Source of the DNA: Malacoraja senta | Lineage: Eukaryota | Direction: 5' to 3' | DNA length: 64,000 nt | Assembly: GCA_038087875.1 (NCBI GenBank) | Contig: JAXLNO010002632.1 | Location: 62,001-126,000, forward strand | Part shown: one piece after another, positions 1 to 14,595 of the stretch | Layout of the letters: every line of letters starts with the position of its first letter | How positions within the stretch are numbered: the stretch's first letter is position 1 | Notes under the pieces: generated by a model | The model's database searches: none | The model's input: the letters and a program-made list of their open reading frames with translations, nothing else | Told to the model about the DNA's origin: nothing | Position numbers and translations under genes: made by a program

Positions 1-1440
1 TGCGCTGTGCGCAGGTTTTAATCGCCTTGCCTACTAGAATTTAGGTTATCATGAAAACCCACCTGCAAGTTCATGTAAAGTAGAAACAAGCTATGAATAA
101 AAAGTGTTGAAAAAAATCTTTCATACTTTCGTCACCTCTCTTTTTTTGGGTGATGTTGAAGAATTACTTTTGGTGTTCAAAGATTTATTTTCTGATTTGT
201 TAAGGTTTTAGAAAATGTGTTGGAAAATTTCACAGCCACACATGGCCTACTTTCAATCATTTTGTTTATCTCAGATTCATTTTCTGTATGTACTTTTGAA
301 GAGAGAGCAAATGACAGCGGGGGTAAACAATTAAAGTATTGTTCTCCATCTTTTAAAAAATGCACTGGGAAATAATTTGCATTAAATTTTGTTTCTCTTC
401 CTTGGAAATGTCATCATGGAAATTAGCTACGTAAGTAAAATGTTACAGATTTTTGTGGAAACACTGATCTATACCAATTTGTGCCATATTTAAAATGAAT
501 ATTTATTTCTCTTCATTAAGGGCTAAACAGAAAAGAGGAGAAGGATCTAAGGAATTTGAAAGATCCCAGCCAAAGTATTAACTTGCTTGTGGGCATGTGG
601 TAGGATAAGTTGTAACATTCAGAAACCTGTATTTTTCCATTTTCTAGATTCCCCAGTCCATACTGGTTTGAAACCTTCAAATTATATTTTGCAGTATGCG
701 TAATGTGTTACATTGGAAGGTAAATTGTACATTGCATTATCAAAAGAGAGTTCAGCACACTGATAGTCACGTTTATGTAATCAGTTCCAAATTATATCTA
801 CTGTAACTGAGAATAGAAACACTCAAGTTTACTTAGACATTGAGAAAGGAATAGCATGCTTCAATCTATAAAGCATTGAGTTACTGCAAGTATTTTAGAA
901 ATTAGTCCCTGTTAAATACAACTTCACACTAACCTGAAGGTCTATACCATCCAGGGTGAAATCTGCTTTTTCAAAGACTTTTCAATCACATTGGTAAGAT
1001 ATGATGCCATTTTATTTAGTTGCTTCTGAATGATTTGGTAATCAGTAGGAATTAATAACAATGCAAAAAGTCACAATCTCAAGTCTAAGCCAATATTTCC
1101 CAGTAAGCAAAATGCCAGTGAGTTTCAATCTGTTAACCTTAACTTATATTTAAAATATTTTATAAGTTGCCTGTGTATATCTGAAAATGAATATTACAGA
1201 CATACTAGTTTCCCACTAATCTACAGAACAATCAAAGAATACAAGAGAAGTTATCATTATGAGAGCATAATTACTCTGAAATTACAGCTCAGAATTTCTG
1301 GAAAAGTAGGCCTTGTCCTGTGATTTTTTTTTGTCTGTTCAAAAGAGACCATTATATACATTGTAACAATGATGCATCGTTGAAAGATATCCATCTCAAA
1401 AATATGATGTTTGGCAAATTAGTTGTAATTTTTATTTAAG

Positions 1441-1492
1441 CATTATTGAGACCTAATACACACAGTATTGCATTAGTGAGACCTAATACACA
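1441..1492. repeat. Short tandem duplication (period 30)
   Basis: CATTA(T/G)TGAGACCTAATACACA occurs twice. Confidence 0.8.
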
Positions 1493-1502
1493 GCAGCATG
1501 TT

Positions 1503-1745
1503 ACATAGAAACATAGAAAATAGGTGCAGGAGTAGGCCATTCGGCCCTTTGAGCCTGCACCGCCATTTGATATGATCATGGCTGATCATCCAACTCAGTA
1601 TCCCATCCCTGCCTTCTCTCCATACCCCCTGATCCCTTTAGCCACAAGGGCCACATCTAACTCCCTCTTAAATATAGCCAATGAACTGGCCTCAACTACC
1701 TTCTGTGGCAGAGAATTCCACAGATTCACCACTCTCTGTGTAAAA
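1503..1745 (-). mobile_element. CR1/HER1 LINE 3' fragment
   Basis: (ACATAGAA)n tail and GGAGTAGGCCATTCGGCCC 3' end, with RT C-terminal coding sequence on the minus strand. Confidence 0.8.
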
Positions 1746-3414
1746 AACAGAGTTCTGTGTTACCAGAAACAGACCTGGATTATATTTCTCCTTTCAACCT
1801 TATTTAGAAAGCTTGCCCGTTTCCTAAATATGTGCAGTGGCCTCAGATCCTCTGAGTATCTCAGGAATGAGCAAGGATAGTAATCAATCACAGGAGGAAT
1901 ATTGATATTCAAGGCCTCGGGACTCCATTGTAAACATGTTTTTTCTTTATATAAGAACTTTAATAATCCCTCGTTTGATACAATATCCTGGAGATCTTGA
2001 ATGTAAAAATTGTGAAGAAACTTTATAAAGGCATCTTATGTCTACTTAGTATATTAGTTTATTTATTTAGTACATAAACAATATCAGAGACTGGTGAGCT
2101 TAAAGTAAAAGGGAATTATTTTTCAAAAATACCCTTAGTCCCCTTTTTATTTTATTTTTTCTTGCAATAAAATTAACAAATTTCTGATCAAGCATCATCT
2201 AAATCTAAATGCAGTTCAATTTATCGACAAGATGTTCCAGCCAAAACTATTGTTAAATTCTGCAATGCCTAACTCCGCTGATCAACAGAAGCCCATGTTG
2301 AAAGTGTTATGGGCATAAAGGAGAGCTCCTAATTCTTGCCCTTCTGCAAGATGCCTTCTAATTATGTTGCTAGTGCACTGACTAAGTCTTCTATTCATAC
2401 GTTTCAAAAATACAAAAGGCAAAGAAGTTAAAGTTCAGTCTAAAAATCTTGTCTTAAAAGTTGTGGACTTAAAAGTTCTCTGTCCTTTTGTTTATCTGTA
2501 GACATCTTGTGAATATTCTTGCCAATTATGGTATCTCCCTATTCTTTAAATGCACCAATCGAAATTCTGTGTTCCATTTCTTCAACTTTGATTTCAACTT
2601 CTTTGGCAGTAGATTTAACATTATGTGGATGATTCCATAAATTAGTTTTTCAGTGTTTTAATGATGTTAAATGACTATCTCGTTTCCTCAGCCTCATTAT
2701 CACATGCACACATTACAGACATGACATATGAAACAAACCATTCTTGGGATTTCAGCTCGTATACAAAAATCATTCTCGTCTCATCCAGCATGATTGCAGT
2801 CTCTCAGATAATGGCCTAATCACTGAATAAAAAATCCTGATTTCCAAGGGAAAACTATCGATTTCCTGTTATTGTCCAAACGAACATATCTTTCGACAGA
2901 ATTATTGTTCCAATTGCTGGGATAATTTTGCTAATCCTGATGCATTACCTCTCAATCAGTTTTATATGTTCTATCAGCATTCTAACATATTCATCAACCC
3001 TAAAAAGCTCGACCGTCTATAATTAAACAGTCTATACTTTCCTCTACTCCAGTTATTAGCATATTTTGTTTCTTTTAGATGATGTCCTGCTTCCAAATAT
3101 ATTGTCATATTGTTTTAGTTCCAAATGTAATTCTGTTATGTCAATATTAAATGTTATTTCTCAAAAAACTTGATGCCTTTGATAAACATAATTAGCAGGA
3201 GCATTTATATTACTTTTCTCCAGTTTCTAACAGTGAGAGTCTTAACCTCACTTTAACTTAACATATTTTTCCCTTTTTGAGTGCTGAAGAAGCTTAATGT
3301 CATTTTCTTTGATCACTTCCACTTTCAAAATCGAATGATACCCAAGTTAGTTAGTTGTGTATTGTTTTCAGTGAAACTGAATTGTACAGAATTTAGTTTT
3401 TGTGATCATCATTA

Positions 3415-3713
3415 GGGTGGAACAGTGGCGTAGCAATAGAGCTGCGGCCTTACAGTGCCAGAGACGTGGGTTAGATCCTGACTACGGGTGTTGTCTGTAC
3501 GGCGTTTGTATGTTCTCCCTGTGACCGCATGGGATTTATCCAGGTGCTCCGGTTTCTCCCCACACTCCAAGGACATACAGGTTTGTAGTTTAATTGGTTT
3601 TGGTAAAATTGTAAATTGTCCCTAGTGTGTAGGACGCTGTTAGTGTATGGAGTCATCACTGGTCAGCACGAACTCGATGTGACGAAGAGCCTGTTTCCGC
3701 GCTGTATTTCTAA
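3415..3713 (+). mobile_element. tRNA-derived SINE (HE1 / V-SINE type)
   Basis: A/B-box-like head, V-domain core (TTCTCCCTGTGACCGCATGGG...TGCTCCGGTTTC...CCCACA) and CR1-like 3' end. Confidence 0.85.
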
Positions 3714-3909
3714 CGTCTGATCCAAGTAAAATTTATTTGTTCTGCTCCTTCAAGATTTTGTAATGCATCAACCTTTTAATTAGTATTAACCATTTCTGGA
3801 GAGTAAAAATAGAGAGGACCATTTCTACCTCATCATTAAATTGAACAAGGTTTTAAACTGCCGATTGCTTTATTGTCTCCAATCCTGAATTAAAGACCAT
3901 GATAAAATT

Positions 3910-4690
3910 TAGAACATCAAACATTCATCACAGGAATGGGCCCCTCAGCCCACAATGTTTGTGCCCAATATCATGCCTGGCTGAACTAATTACATCTGTC
4001 TGCAAGTGATCCATATCCTATCATTCCCTTCAAATTCATGTGCATAAACGTTTCAAAAATGTTTCTGTGTAAAAAATAAACTTGCCCTTCACGTTTCCAT
4101 TATATTTACCCCCTCTCACCTTATAGCTATACCCTAGTGTTATTTCCAACCAGGGAATAAGTTTCTGACGATCTACATTATCTCTGTCTCACATAGCTTT
4201 ATATACTTCTATCAAGTCTCCCCTGAACCTCCAATGTTCCTGAGGAAACAATCCAAGTCTATCCAACCTCCCTGTAGCTGAACCCCTCTAATCCAGGCAG
4301 CATTCTGGTAAACCACCTCTGCACGCTCTCCAATACTTCCACATCTTTCCTGTAATGGGGTGTCTAGAACAGCATGCAATACTCCAAATGCAACCTAACC
4401 AAAGTCCTATAGAGCTGCATCAAGACTTCACTCTTATGCCCCTAGCAATGAAGGCAAGCATACCATATGCCTTTACCACCCTATCTACGAGTGCTGCCAC
4501 CTTTCGAGAGCTATGAACTTTGACTCCAAGATCCCTCTGCACATCAATGCTGTTTAAGGTCTTGCCATGAACTGCCACTCTCCTTACGTTCAACCTCCCA
4601 AAGAGCAACACCTCACTTGCTCGGGTTAAACTCCAGCTGCCATTTTTCTGCCTATTTCTGCAGCTGATCTATCTCATTGTATCTTCTGAC
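3910..4690 (-). mobile_element. CR1 LINE 3' fragment
   Basis: QRDLGVKVHSSRKVAALVDRVVKAYGMLAFI in track ORF 4420..4611, plus a CR1 3' UTR. Confidence 0.82.
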
Positions 4691-4834
4691 AATTATTTTC
4701 ATAATTGAACGTTCACCATTGCTTATTCACAATTAATAGAATAATTATGCTTTTAAAAGGGCAGTTTAATTTATACCAATAGCTTCAAAGTGAAAGCAGC
4801 ATGGAACAAGTAAAATCAAACAAAAGAGTCTGCA

Positions 4835-5535
4835 GGACACAACACAATTTATCGTATCTACTTCATCGACCGACAGTGTTCCCAATGTGGTCTCCTCTAC
4901 ATCATTCAGATCAAGTGACCGTTTTGCCAAATACTTGCACTCTGTCCGCCAAGACCTAACGGATCTCCCAATTGCTAACCATATTAACTCTCCATCCCAT
5001 TTCCATACTGACCTTTCTGTCCTGGACCACCTTCATTACCAGTGAGGCCACACGCAAACTGAAGGAACAGCTGCTTATATTCTGCTTTGGCAGCTGTCAA
5101 CCCTAGGATATGAACATTGATCTCTCCAAATTTAGGTAACCCCTTCTGCTCCACTTTCTCCCCCACATCTCTCTTTCTCTGCCCCTCCCCCATGCCCCAC
5201 CTGGACGTGCACCTATTTCTTCCCTCCACCCGCACTCCTGTCACAATTCACAACTTTTGTCTCTTTTGGTTTTAATACTGTATCTGGCCTTTGTTCCAAC
5301 CATCTGCCTATCTACCCCCCTCACCTGTGTCCACTTATCATTTGCCACTCTTTGTCCTGCCTCTTCTCTCTCACCTTTTGTTCCTCCCCCACATCCCCCC
5401 TTCCCCCCCACAATCAGTTTAAGAAGGGACCCGACCCGAACCATCACCCGTCCATGCTCTCCAGAAATGCCGCCTGACCTGCAGAGTTACTCCAGTATTT
5501 TGTGCCCTTTTTTGTAAACTAGTTTATTGTTTCTA
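4835..5535 (+). mobile_element. Penelope-like element 3' part (GIY-YIG remnant and terminal repeat)
   Basis: QCSQCGLLY, DRFAKYLHSVRQDL, PIANHINSPSH and EATRKLKEQ motifs, followed by a pyrimidine-rich tract and the shared terminal repeat. Confidence 0.78.
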
Positions 5536-6924
5536 CACAATTTATGTTATTGTTATCTAAGACACGCTACTTGAAAGGACAGTAGGAGCAGTTAAAAAAA
5601 AAATTGAAAGAATACTTAAAGGAAAAATAACAGTAGGTCTCTAAAACAGGAAGATGCTAGTGAGTCTAATTTTATTGCTTTCAAAGAGATGACAAAGGCA
5701 AGATGAACTGAACTATTTGTTTTGGAGTGCGGTTCTAATATCATTTGAAATAAAATTTCCTACAGAGAAACATGCCTTAATATTTTGCTTGGTAATACAT
5801 TTTCGGTTTGCTGTTTAATAGTGACTAATATTCAGCACGATATTTACTCAACATTTGAAACTGGCTCATAGTCAATCTGGTAGAAAAAAATACCATATCC
5901 TGTAGATGCAAATTATGTAAAAGAAATTAAAAACATGTTTCTCGGAGAATGGGTATCATGTAGAATTCGCAACATCTGGGAGTGGCTGAAGTGACAAGGT
6001 GGATGCTTTTGATGAGGTACACCCGAGTCAAAGGCAAAGAAAGGTACATGGATAAGAGTTAGACAAAGAAGTAGGAAGAAGCTCACTTAGAAAGAAAAGA
6101 AAAGGTGTATACGTTGTCAAATAAACAATTGCTGTCATGTGCTTTCTAGTGAGGCTTTTCCTGTTTGACATCGTTTTCACTGTTCTATTGCTGTATCATT
6201 GTAGGAAATAATTTTCCACGACAGATATGATGCAACATTTAGAGAAATTAAGAACAATTCACGCAACTTAACAGAATCACTCTTTGATTTGCCTTCCACA
6301 ACAGGTTGTGTCTCACCAAAATAGATTGTATCAGTGACTGGATCTACAGCACTAATAGTAAGTGAATTTTAATTTGATTTAAAATGTTTGTTTGTGGAAA
6401 GATATCTACAAAGATATGATTTGACATATCCATTGTCTTTTTTTTTACATAGTCCATTATAGGTTTAGTTACCCAAATTATGAATGCAAACTGGTATGCA
6501 AATTTTGTCAGTGCTGGTAACATTCTCTTTAAAATTTGGTACCTTCTTCAATATTCTGTAACATTCTATATTCCTGAATCACTCTTCTACAGCATTAAGC
6601 CTTAAATAACAATAACATAGCTCAAAATAGCAAAATGTCCGAAAGCATTTCACATTGGACCGCATTTGGAAACATTTGGTTTGGGGGCAAGTTCTTCAGA
6701 ACAGGGATAATGATCTTCAACGTGAAGCGTTGACTATGTTTCTCTTTCCACAAATGCTACTTGACCTGTTGAATGTTTTCACCATTTTCTAGTTTTACTA
6801 ATGGACTAATTAAACTCGAGAATGATCAAATGCAAGAACTCTAGGCGAACAGATAATTCAGAAGCTTATTGGACTGCAGAAGAGTTTGCAAGTAAATTGA
6901 TCTGATTTATTTTTTGAGGAACCG

Positions 6925-8545
6925 AATGTGAAAATTGGTGAAGGAAAGGTGATAGACTTGGAGTTCAATAACACTTTTGACAATGTATGGTAGGCTGATC
7001 CAGAGAGCATCTGAAATGTGATGGCAGACCAGATCCCAAATTGGCTTGGGGATAGGAGGCAAAAGAGTATGGTGGATGGGTATTTCTCTGACAGGAAGTT
7101 GTAGTAAGTAGTGTATCACAGGTAGCTTTGTTATTTATAATATATATAAATGACTTTGATGAGTATGTAGGCGGATTAGTAGGTTTACAATGGTACAAAC
7201 ATTAGTGGAGTCATGGACAGTGAAGAAGACTGCCAAATGTCCCACTTAGGCGATTTTTCAGTCGCCTGAAAAACTGACGACTGGAACGGCGACTGTCAGA
7301 TTGGAACATACACACACATCACTTCCTTCACCAGCCCATTATGCAGGCGGGGGACAGGGCAAGCGGGGGGAGCGCTGTCCGAGTGAAACTCACACGGTGC
7401 AAAGCCAATGTGATACAGACACACACCGCAATGAGCAGAAAGGTTGGCGCTGTGATTAAGACAGTGAAAGCACAGTGTACGGGAAGGGTCATGTAAGTCC
7501 TTTAAAGGAGAGGGGGGAGAAGGGGAGAGAAGGAGTGGAGACAACTTTTAAGAAGCCAGAGATAAACAGCTGTGAAGTTCGGCAGACATTAACATTACCG
7601 GTATGTTATCCTTGGTTCTGAAAACTACTGCTTATGTTTTTTTTCCCCAATGAGCCAATGAAATTCACCGGTCAGCACTGGCTACAACCTATGAGAACCT
7701 ATGAGAACCTTCGACCTCCTGGCAACCCACTACCACTGCACCTACGGCACGAGAATTCTCGCTACTCTCCATGGCGGCTTCATTCTGGTCGGCGCTAATT
7801 TTTCAACATGTTGAAAAATTTTCAATTTTTCAACATGTTCCTCACGACCATGAAGGCGACTACCCGGCAACCACCCGCGAACATGTGGCGACCGCATAGT
7901 CACCTTCAGTCGCCTAAAAAGTTGCCTAAGTGGGACGGGCCCATTAGGATACAGAGAGACATAAATCAGCTTGGGAGTTGGGCAAATTGCTGGCAGGTGG
8001 AATTTAATCTGGACAAATGTGAGGTGATGCACATTGGAAAATCAAATTTTGGTAGGATGGCTGGAACTTTAGGAAAGTTGATGTACACCGAAACCTTGGG
8101 GTGTAAGTCCATAACTCTCTAAAAGATGGTGACACATGTAAATAGGTGGTGAAGAAGATAATTAGGTATGCTTGCTTGCCTTTATTGCCCGAGCTCGAGT
8201 TGTAACGTTATTTATGTTAGATTTCACTCAGAATATTGTGTAAAGTTCTGGTCACCACATTACAGAAAATATGTGGTTGCAACAGAAATAATGCAGAAGA
8301 GATTCACCAGGATGTTGTCTGGAATGGAGGGCTTATGAGGAATGATTAGATTCTAGTGAGGGGGAGTCTGAAACTAGATGGCATAGGTTTAAAGTGACAA
8401 GCAAGATCCGAGGGGTAAGTTTTCTTACACCAAAAGTGGTGGTTATGTGGAATGAGGTGACAGATGAAGTGGTAGGGCCAAATATAATTATGTTTAAAAG
8501 GAATTTATGTAAATGTTTAGGCATGAACTGCGGAGATTTGGACCA
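6925..8545 (+). mobile_element. Degenerate CR1 LINE RT region, interrupted by the MITE at 7238-7943
   Basis: LFIIYINDFD, then after the MITE RIQRDINQLGSWANCWQVEFNLDKCEVMHIG. Confidence 0.8.
7238..7943. mobile_element. Non-autonomous DNA transposon (Harbinger-like MITE) inserted in a CR1 LINE
   Basis: TGTCCCACTTAGGCGATTTTT...AAAAAGTTGCCTAAGTGGGACGGGCCCA followed by TTA. The outer bases of the left TIR are missing. Confidence 0.75.
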
Positions 8546-9944
8546 CCTCAATATTTAAGATAAATAGAATTAGGGAGGCTGACAACAAGTGGGGAAAGGT
8601 TAATAATGTTTCAACAGTGACTGAGGTGGGGAAGCAGATATGAATAGTTTTAGTGAAAGCACAGACGTGATCTACACCATGCATAAATAAAAGGTGACGC
8701 AAAGTTGTGAACTGTTTGGCTAAGTTTTAGAAGTTTTTGTTTTAGATAGGTGCTGAAGAGACAGATGATTTCTGGAGAAAAAATATTGTGATAGAAACCA
8801 TGGCATTCCTCGGCAGTCTTCATTCCCCAGGAATGGTGGGAGTTCACAGAGAAAGACCTCCAACTTAGTAATAGTAGACTTTTGGCGCAGTCCCTCAGTG
8901 GGACAAACCAACAGTTGCAGACATCTCTTCTTTAAATGCTTCTAAAGAAATTCTCATCTTCTCTGGCCATTATTATTATCCCAAAATCTGAAACCATTCT
9001 TGTAGCTGCTCTACAGGCGTTAGGTTTCATTGCTGTGATTGGACATGTTCCTGAGACATCAGCACAGAAAAATGTAGGCTTACCTCCAGTGTAATACTGT
9101 GAATGTCACTTTGATGGAAGGGTTACATTTCCAACCTAATTACTTCCTCAAGAAACTATAACAATTCTGGCAACAATATGAAGAGAACAAGAGGGTGTTA
9201 TGGTTAACATTTATTCCTTGCTCGATATCTCAAGAACACATATTGTGTTGATGTTCCATTGCTGATGGGAGGGACATTACATCTCAGCACTGGTTACACT
9301 TAAAAATAATTTTAACTGGACATATTTTGAAATGTTCTAGAGCGGTATGGATTACACTTTGTAAATACAAATCTACCCTTTCTGAACTATGACGTTCAAA
9401 AATACGCATGATTACAGTAGCAGTTCATCTTTGGTAATATGCAGGAGGTATCATGTTGAAGCTGATTTCTGGAGTCTCCTTCAAATTCAGCTTTGAAGTC
9501 ATTGAAACAGAACTTTGGGAGCAGCATACGAGGTGCAGCTGTTGCTTTGCTACATATTTAACGCATGCAACCCAAGAGATATTTCCACTTCAAATTCCAT
9601 CTGGGGCAGAATTAGTGCTGGTTTTTGTATTCAATGCTCTATTTATAGAAGACCGGGTCATATGTTATATTAGCTGCTTTGTTAATTTGCCCTGTCAATG
9701 TCATAGCAAGAGTCTTCTTTTGCACCTCTTTACAATTCACCATTGAGTTTCTTTATTTTCCTGCGTACTGTAAATGTATCAGTTCCCATGTTTTGGAGTT
9801 TACTTTCATTTTTCTTTGCTGACAGTGCCCTGATCACAGATTTTTTAAATCTAATTCCTGTACCTGAAAGTTCCAAATCTACAAACTTTGATATTATGTC
9901 CAGGTCATTAATGTTTATTCCACAAAGGAAAGTCTACTGTAAGT

Positions 9945-10130
9945 TTAACACAAAGTGCTGGAGTAACTCAGTGGGTCGGGAAGCATCTCCGGAAGACATG
10001 GATAGGTGACATTTCTGCCGAAAACATCACCTAACCACATCATCCACAAATGCTGCCTGACCCGCTGAGTTACTCCAGCATTTTCTGTTTTGCTCAAGAT
10101 TCCAGCATCTGCAGTTCCTTGTGTCTCTGT
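9945..10130. repeat. Fold-back pair of Penelope terminal repeats
   Basis: TGCTGGAGTAACTCAG...GGTGA and its inverse TCACC...CTGAGTTACTCCAGCA. Confidence 0.7.
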
Positions 10131-10132
10131 AA

Positions 10133-10457
10133 ATTTAGTCTAGTTTAATTAAAGAAGCAGCACGGAAACAGCCCTTTAGGTCCACTAAGTTCACGTTGAC
10201 CATCGATCACTGCTCCACACTGGTTCTATATTATCCCACTTCCTCATCCACTCCCTACAAATTAGGGCAAATTTACAGAGGCCAATTATCCTGCAAACCT
10301 ACATGTCCTTGGGATGTGGGAGGAAAGCGGAGCGCCCAGAGGAAACCCATGCAGTCAGAGGGAGAATGTGCAAACTCCACACTGACAGCACCCAAGGTCA
10401 GGATTGAAGCCAGGTCTCTGGTGCAGTAAGACAGCAGCTGTGTCACTGTGCTGCCCA
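10133..10457 (-). mobile_element. HE1-type SINE
   Basis: Reverse complement of the same SINE consensus. Confidence 0.8.
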
Positions 10458-10672
10458 CTTCCTTCCAACTGAAAAGGTCTTCCTCAAAACTGAAAAATAG
10501 CAGCTACTCTGGAGTTGAGATGCATTCTGTCCTCATTTGTATACGGTCATTTGAGACAGAGTAAGATTCAGTACAGCCACTCTGGCCTATTTCCCACAGT
10601 TCTAACATCATCTTCCTACCTGAACATTTTGTACTTGGCTAAAAAAGCAGAGTACAACTTATTCTTTCTTAA

Positions 10673-11204
10673 AGCCCGTCCCACTTTCACGACCTAATTG
10701 GCGACCTCTGCCGAGTTTGCCCTTGACTCATACTCGCAGCATGGTCTCCACGAGGTCATAGGAGGTCTTCGTAACTCTTTCTCATGCTCGTGAGTGGTCT
10801 CCACGTACTCGTGGCCTCAAGTAGGTCGTGCCGTTTTTTCAAGCCTGATAAAAAAATGTCCACGAGTAAAAAAAAGTCGGCATGGAAAAAATTGATACTT
10901 TTTACTAGTAGGTAGGTCGTAGTAGGTCGTGATGGTAGTCGTAGGTAGTCGTAGGTCGGTAACTGACCCGAGAAAAAAAATGCAAACATGACATCATTTT
11001 ATCTTGTGATCATTTTCTACTCGTAGCTAGTCGTAGTTGGTCTTAGGTGTGGAAGACTGAGGTCGAGGGGGGTTGTAGGAGGTCGTAGACATAGTCGTAG
11101 GAGGTCTTCTACTTCGGCGAGTCAACACGACCGTGACATTATTTTTCAACTCGTCTAGGGTCCTCTAAACTCGTGGATTAGGTCGTCCAAGTGGGACAAG
11201 CCCT
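10673..11204. mobile_element. Harbinger-like MITE
   Basis: TAA-AGCCCGTCCCACTT...AAGTGGGACAAGCCCT-TAA, subterminal inverted repeats and internal GTCGTAG repeats. Confidence 0.78.
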
Positions 11205-14200
11205 TAACTTCCTTTGCTATCTTTCCTGCTACCTTCAGTCATCTGTGGTCATAGATTCCAAGATCCCTCTGTTAGTATATCCTACTATTTATTGACAATT
11301 CTCTTAAGTAGTTTGACCTGCCCAAATGTATTACTTTGCACCTCTTTTTCCCTTTCTCACTAATTCAATGATGTTTTCCTGCAACTTAGAATTTATTTCA
11401 GCTAGCTTTGTGATCACAGTCTTTATCATGGTCCCAACATTTAAATGCAAGTTATGTAAAAATAAGCAAAAAGCATATGGGACCTCACTGCCTCCAGTCC
11501 TGTAGTTACATCAACTATTATCTGTTACTAACTTTTTAATCCAACATCACTCTACATTAAATCCCTTGAGCGTTTATTGAAAACAGCACAGACTCTAATG
11601 AACAGTCATAGTTTAAAGCCGCAAAGAGATTTATTTTATGAAAAGAAACAATATAAATATGAGCTTCATAATACATCTCATGAATCATATCAACTGTGAC
11701 CATGATGAGAATGTGGAAAACAGCATTGTGCCAGAATAATGATCATTGATCGGTGCTAAAGTACAAAGAAACAAACAATACTTTCTGAGAACGATGAAAG
11801 CATATATGTTTCAATGTAATTATAAATGTTGTGATCATATTATCAGATGTTTAATCCAATGTTTACATCAATATTTGCATTTGTCAAATATCTTTGTCTT
11901 AAAAAAATGTTGTTTTACTGAACAAAATATTCAGCCCATCTAAGCAGTCAAATAATGCTGAATTAGATATGAATTAGATATGCCTGACTTATAATCATGT
12001 GTTCAGCCACATTTTCTCTAAAGCCTGAGCTGATAACTGGAGGCACCACTTTCCAGTCTGTGACTGATCTACTTATTCTGGCATCAAGGGTTATTAGACT
12101 GAGCATAGCAAAAACAGTAGGAATTATTCTATACACAGCAACCACTAAAACTTAAAAAAATAATTTGTGAGAAGAAATTTGTTCCAACTGATATTTTCTG
12201 TTGCAACCCACAATAGCACAGTTAACTAGGGAACAGATAATTAGAGAAATGTTCTCACATTATTGGTGCTCGTGTGAGTTAATCCATTGTTCTTGTAATT
12301 AAATACAATTTTCCTTTCCATATGGGCAGACAGTGAAATAGGAAGACTTTAATCAGTCCACAGACATTTAGTATTTATTTAGAACAGTCACACTTGGACT
12401 ATTAACTACAAGTTAAAAATTCAAAGATAGATTGTAGTCCATATCCAGTATTGAATTTGTGTATTGTTTATTTAGTTTGATTCATTTGGCATTATTCATA
12501 ACTATTTCAGAGTTCTGCATCCATCCAATCCATTTTTGTTTGTATGTGTGTGATGGGTGAGTGGGATGATAATTCCAAAGGTTATGGAGAAGAAATTTGC
12601 TTGAAAAGCTGTTAATTTTTTTTGGAAAAAATAGTCAATTAACATAGGATTAAAGCAAGGCAATTGAAAAGATGCAAGATATCTGTATTTTAAAATATAA
12701 GCTCCACCTCATTACGAGAGACAGGTATCTTATGCTTTAGAGAGAAGATACATAGTACAATCAATGTTTCAGGACATTAGTACAATACACCCAGAGATAA
12801 AGAGATCAATATTATTAAACTCAGATATTTCAATAATCAAAAATGTGAGAATCAGAGGCAATTACTGAAGATATTGTATGTTGCACCATCATTTAGCCTG
12901 AATAATGCACTGGTAAATATGGCATTTAATCAATTGCTTCTCAGAGTAATTCCCTCACATTACTGACTGCAAATAATCTATAATTTCCAAAACATAATGA
13001 GTTCACAATTAAAATGAATAATTTGTTAAAATTTACCAGATTTGCAGTTCTAGATTATTTTCGTAATACAGCAGCTTTTTAAAAAGAATTTGTACAACGT
13101 AACAAAACACAGATTAAATGAGGACACATAGTGGCAGGTTGCACTTTTCTACCCTCACTCAGTTGATTAAACTCATTGTATTTATCACAACCACTGACAA
13201 TTATGACTGAAAATCCTTACTCATGTATCAGTGAGCCATTGACAATTAAATGTAACATATAAGAAAAATCCACTGGGTGTTAATAATTAATTTAGAAATG
13301 TATAGTACAAAATCAGCAGCATATTTGTTTTATTTATGCATGAATGTGCATGACCAACACATTAAATTGGATGTGCATTTGGCTATTAAACCAGATAGCA
13401 GTAGATAATGCTTAAAAATGGAATAAAGTAACCTCAGCCAGCCATATATGGCTTGGATATTACAGACATATTGACAGCAAAATTGCCAGCATTCACTGTG
13501 CAACGGATAGTAATTTTTGGATTGCAGGCATCCACAATGAAATGTGGAAGTTCAGAATTGGTCTGCTATGATTGCACTCCCCTCCAAAGGATGGGCTGTT
13601 TTACAACCTTCTCCAGTCTGATCTGCAAGAATTGGAGATTTAAGGATTGAAGAATAAGTTTGAAGATATTGTGCATTGTTGCATGCTTTATAAATGGTTT
13701 ATTAGCATACTACATTGTTTTACTGCTGTCACTAAGAAAATCAATGTTATATGCATGATTTATAATTCCCTCAAATGTTTAGAGGATATGCATTTTAAAC
13801 TAACATTTTTAATTCTGATATTTCAAATTCCACTTTAATCCTGGATATGTGTCAATCTTTTTTTTATCTGCAAGATGTGTGCACTATGGTTAGAATTGTT
13901 TTTTTGTTAAACTGGCTGGTTTTCTTTTAGAATTCTTCAGTACGATTTCCACAATGGTGGCTGTGCCGCCATTTAAACTGGTTAACGCTAATGTTTCGAA
14001 TTTGACTCTCAAATATTGGGAAAAGTATAGTTCATAACATAATCAGTGGTGAGCATTATTTCCACACCATTGTCTGCAACATCTAGTCCTACATGTGCAC
14101 GTAGATACCTGGAGATGATTGCCAGATTATATTATTTGTATATTGCTCAAGCTCCATGTTTATGAATTGTAATATAAACAAAGTGATATAATGACTTCCT

Positions 14201-14595
14201 AAATGTACTTTAATTTCAAATAGGATCGGGGTGGAAACTTGTTACCAGGAATTTTCTCTGAAGCTTCTTCATCTCACCACTTTGCTAATTAGGAAAATAA
14301 CCAAGAACATGGACTTCAACCACCTTTGGACTACAGCCACGGTAGATAAAATTGCTTTTACATAAACCACATGGAGAAAATGGAACATTAAATGCTAAAC
14401 ATGTAATACAGCATAAATTCGTTGTCTTTGATGGTATCTTCAATGATTGTATCCAGCAGGGTTTTCAAATAAAGATTAAAAATAGGTCAAATAGATTATA
14501 TTCTGAGCATTCAAAGTAAAAAACATTGTTATGCATGTTTTGGGATTATTTGAATGTTATGTTATAGTTCTCTTGGAAATATTTGATCACTTGTC

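Noticed and set aside
3415-3490. tRNA genes at SINE heads
   Set aside because: They are tRNA-derived heads continuous with HE1 SINE bodies, not cloverleaf-complete genes.
9738-9770. Alternative last SCN3B exon (TQENKETQW*)
   Set aside because: Poor polypyrimidine tract and no DYLAIP motif; the true exon is at 23447-23513.
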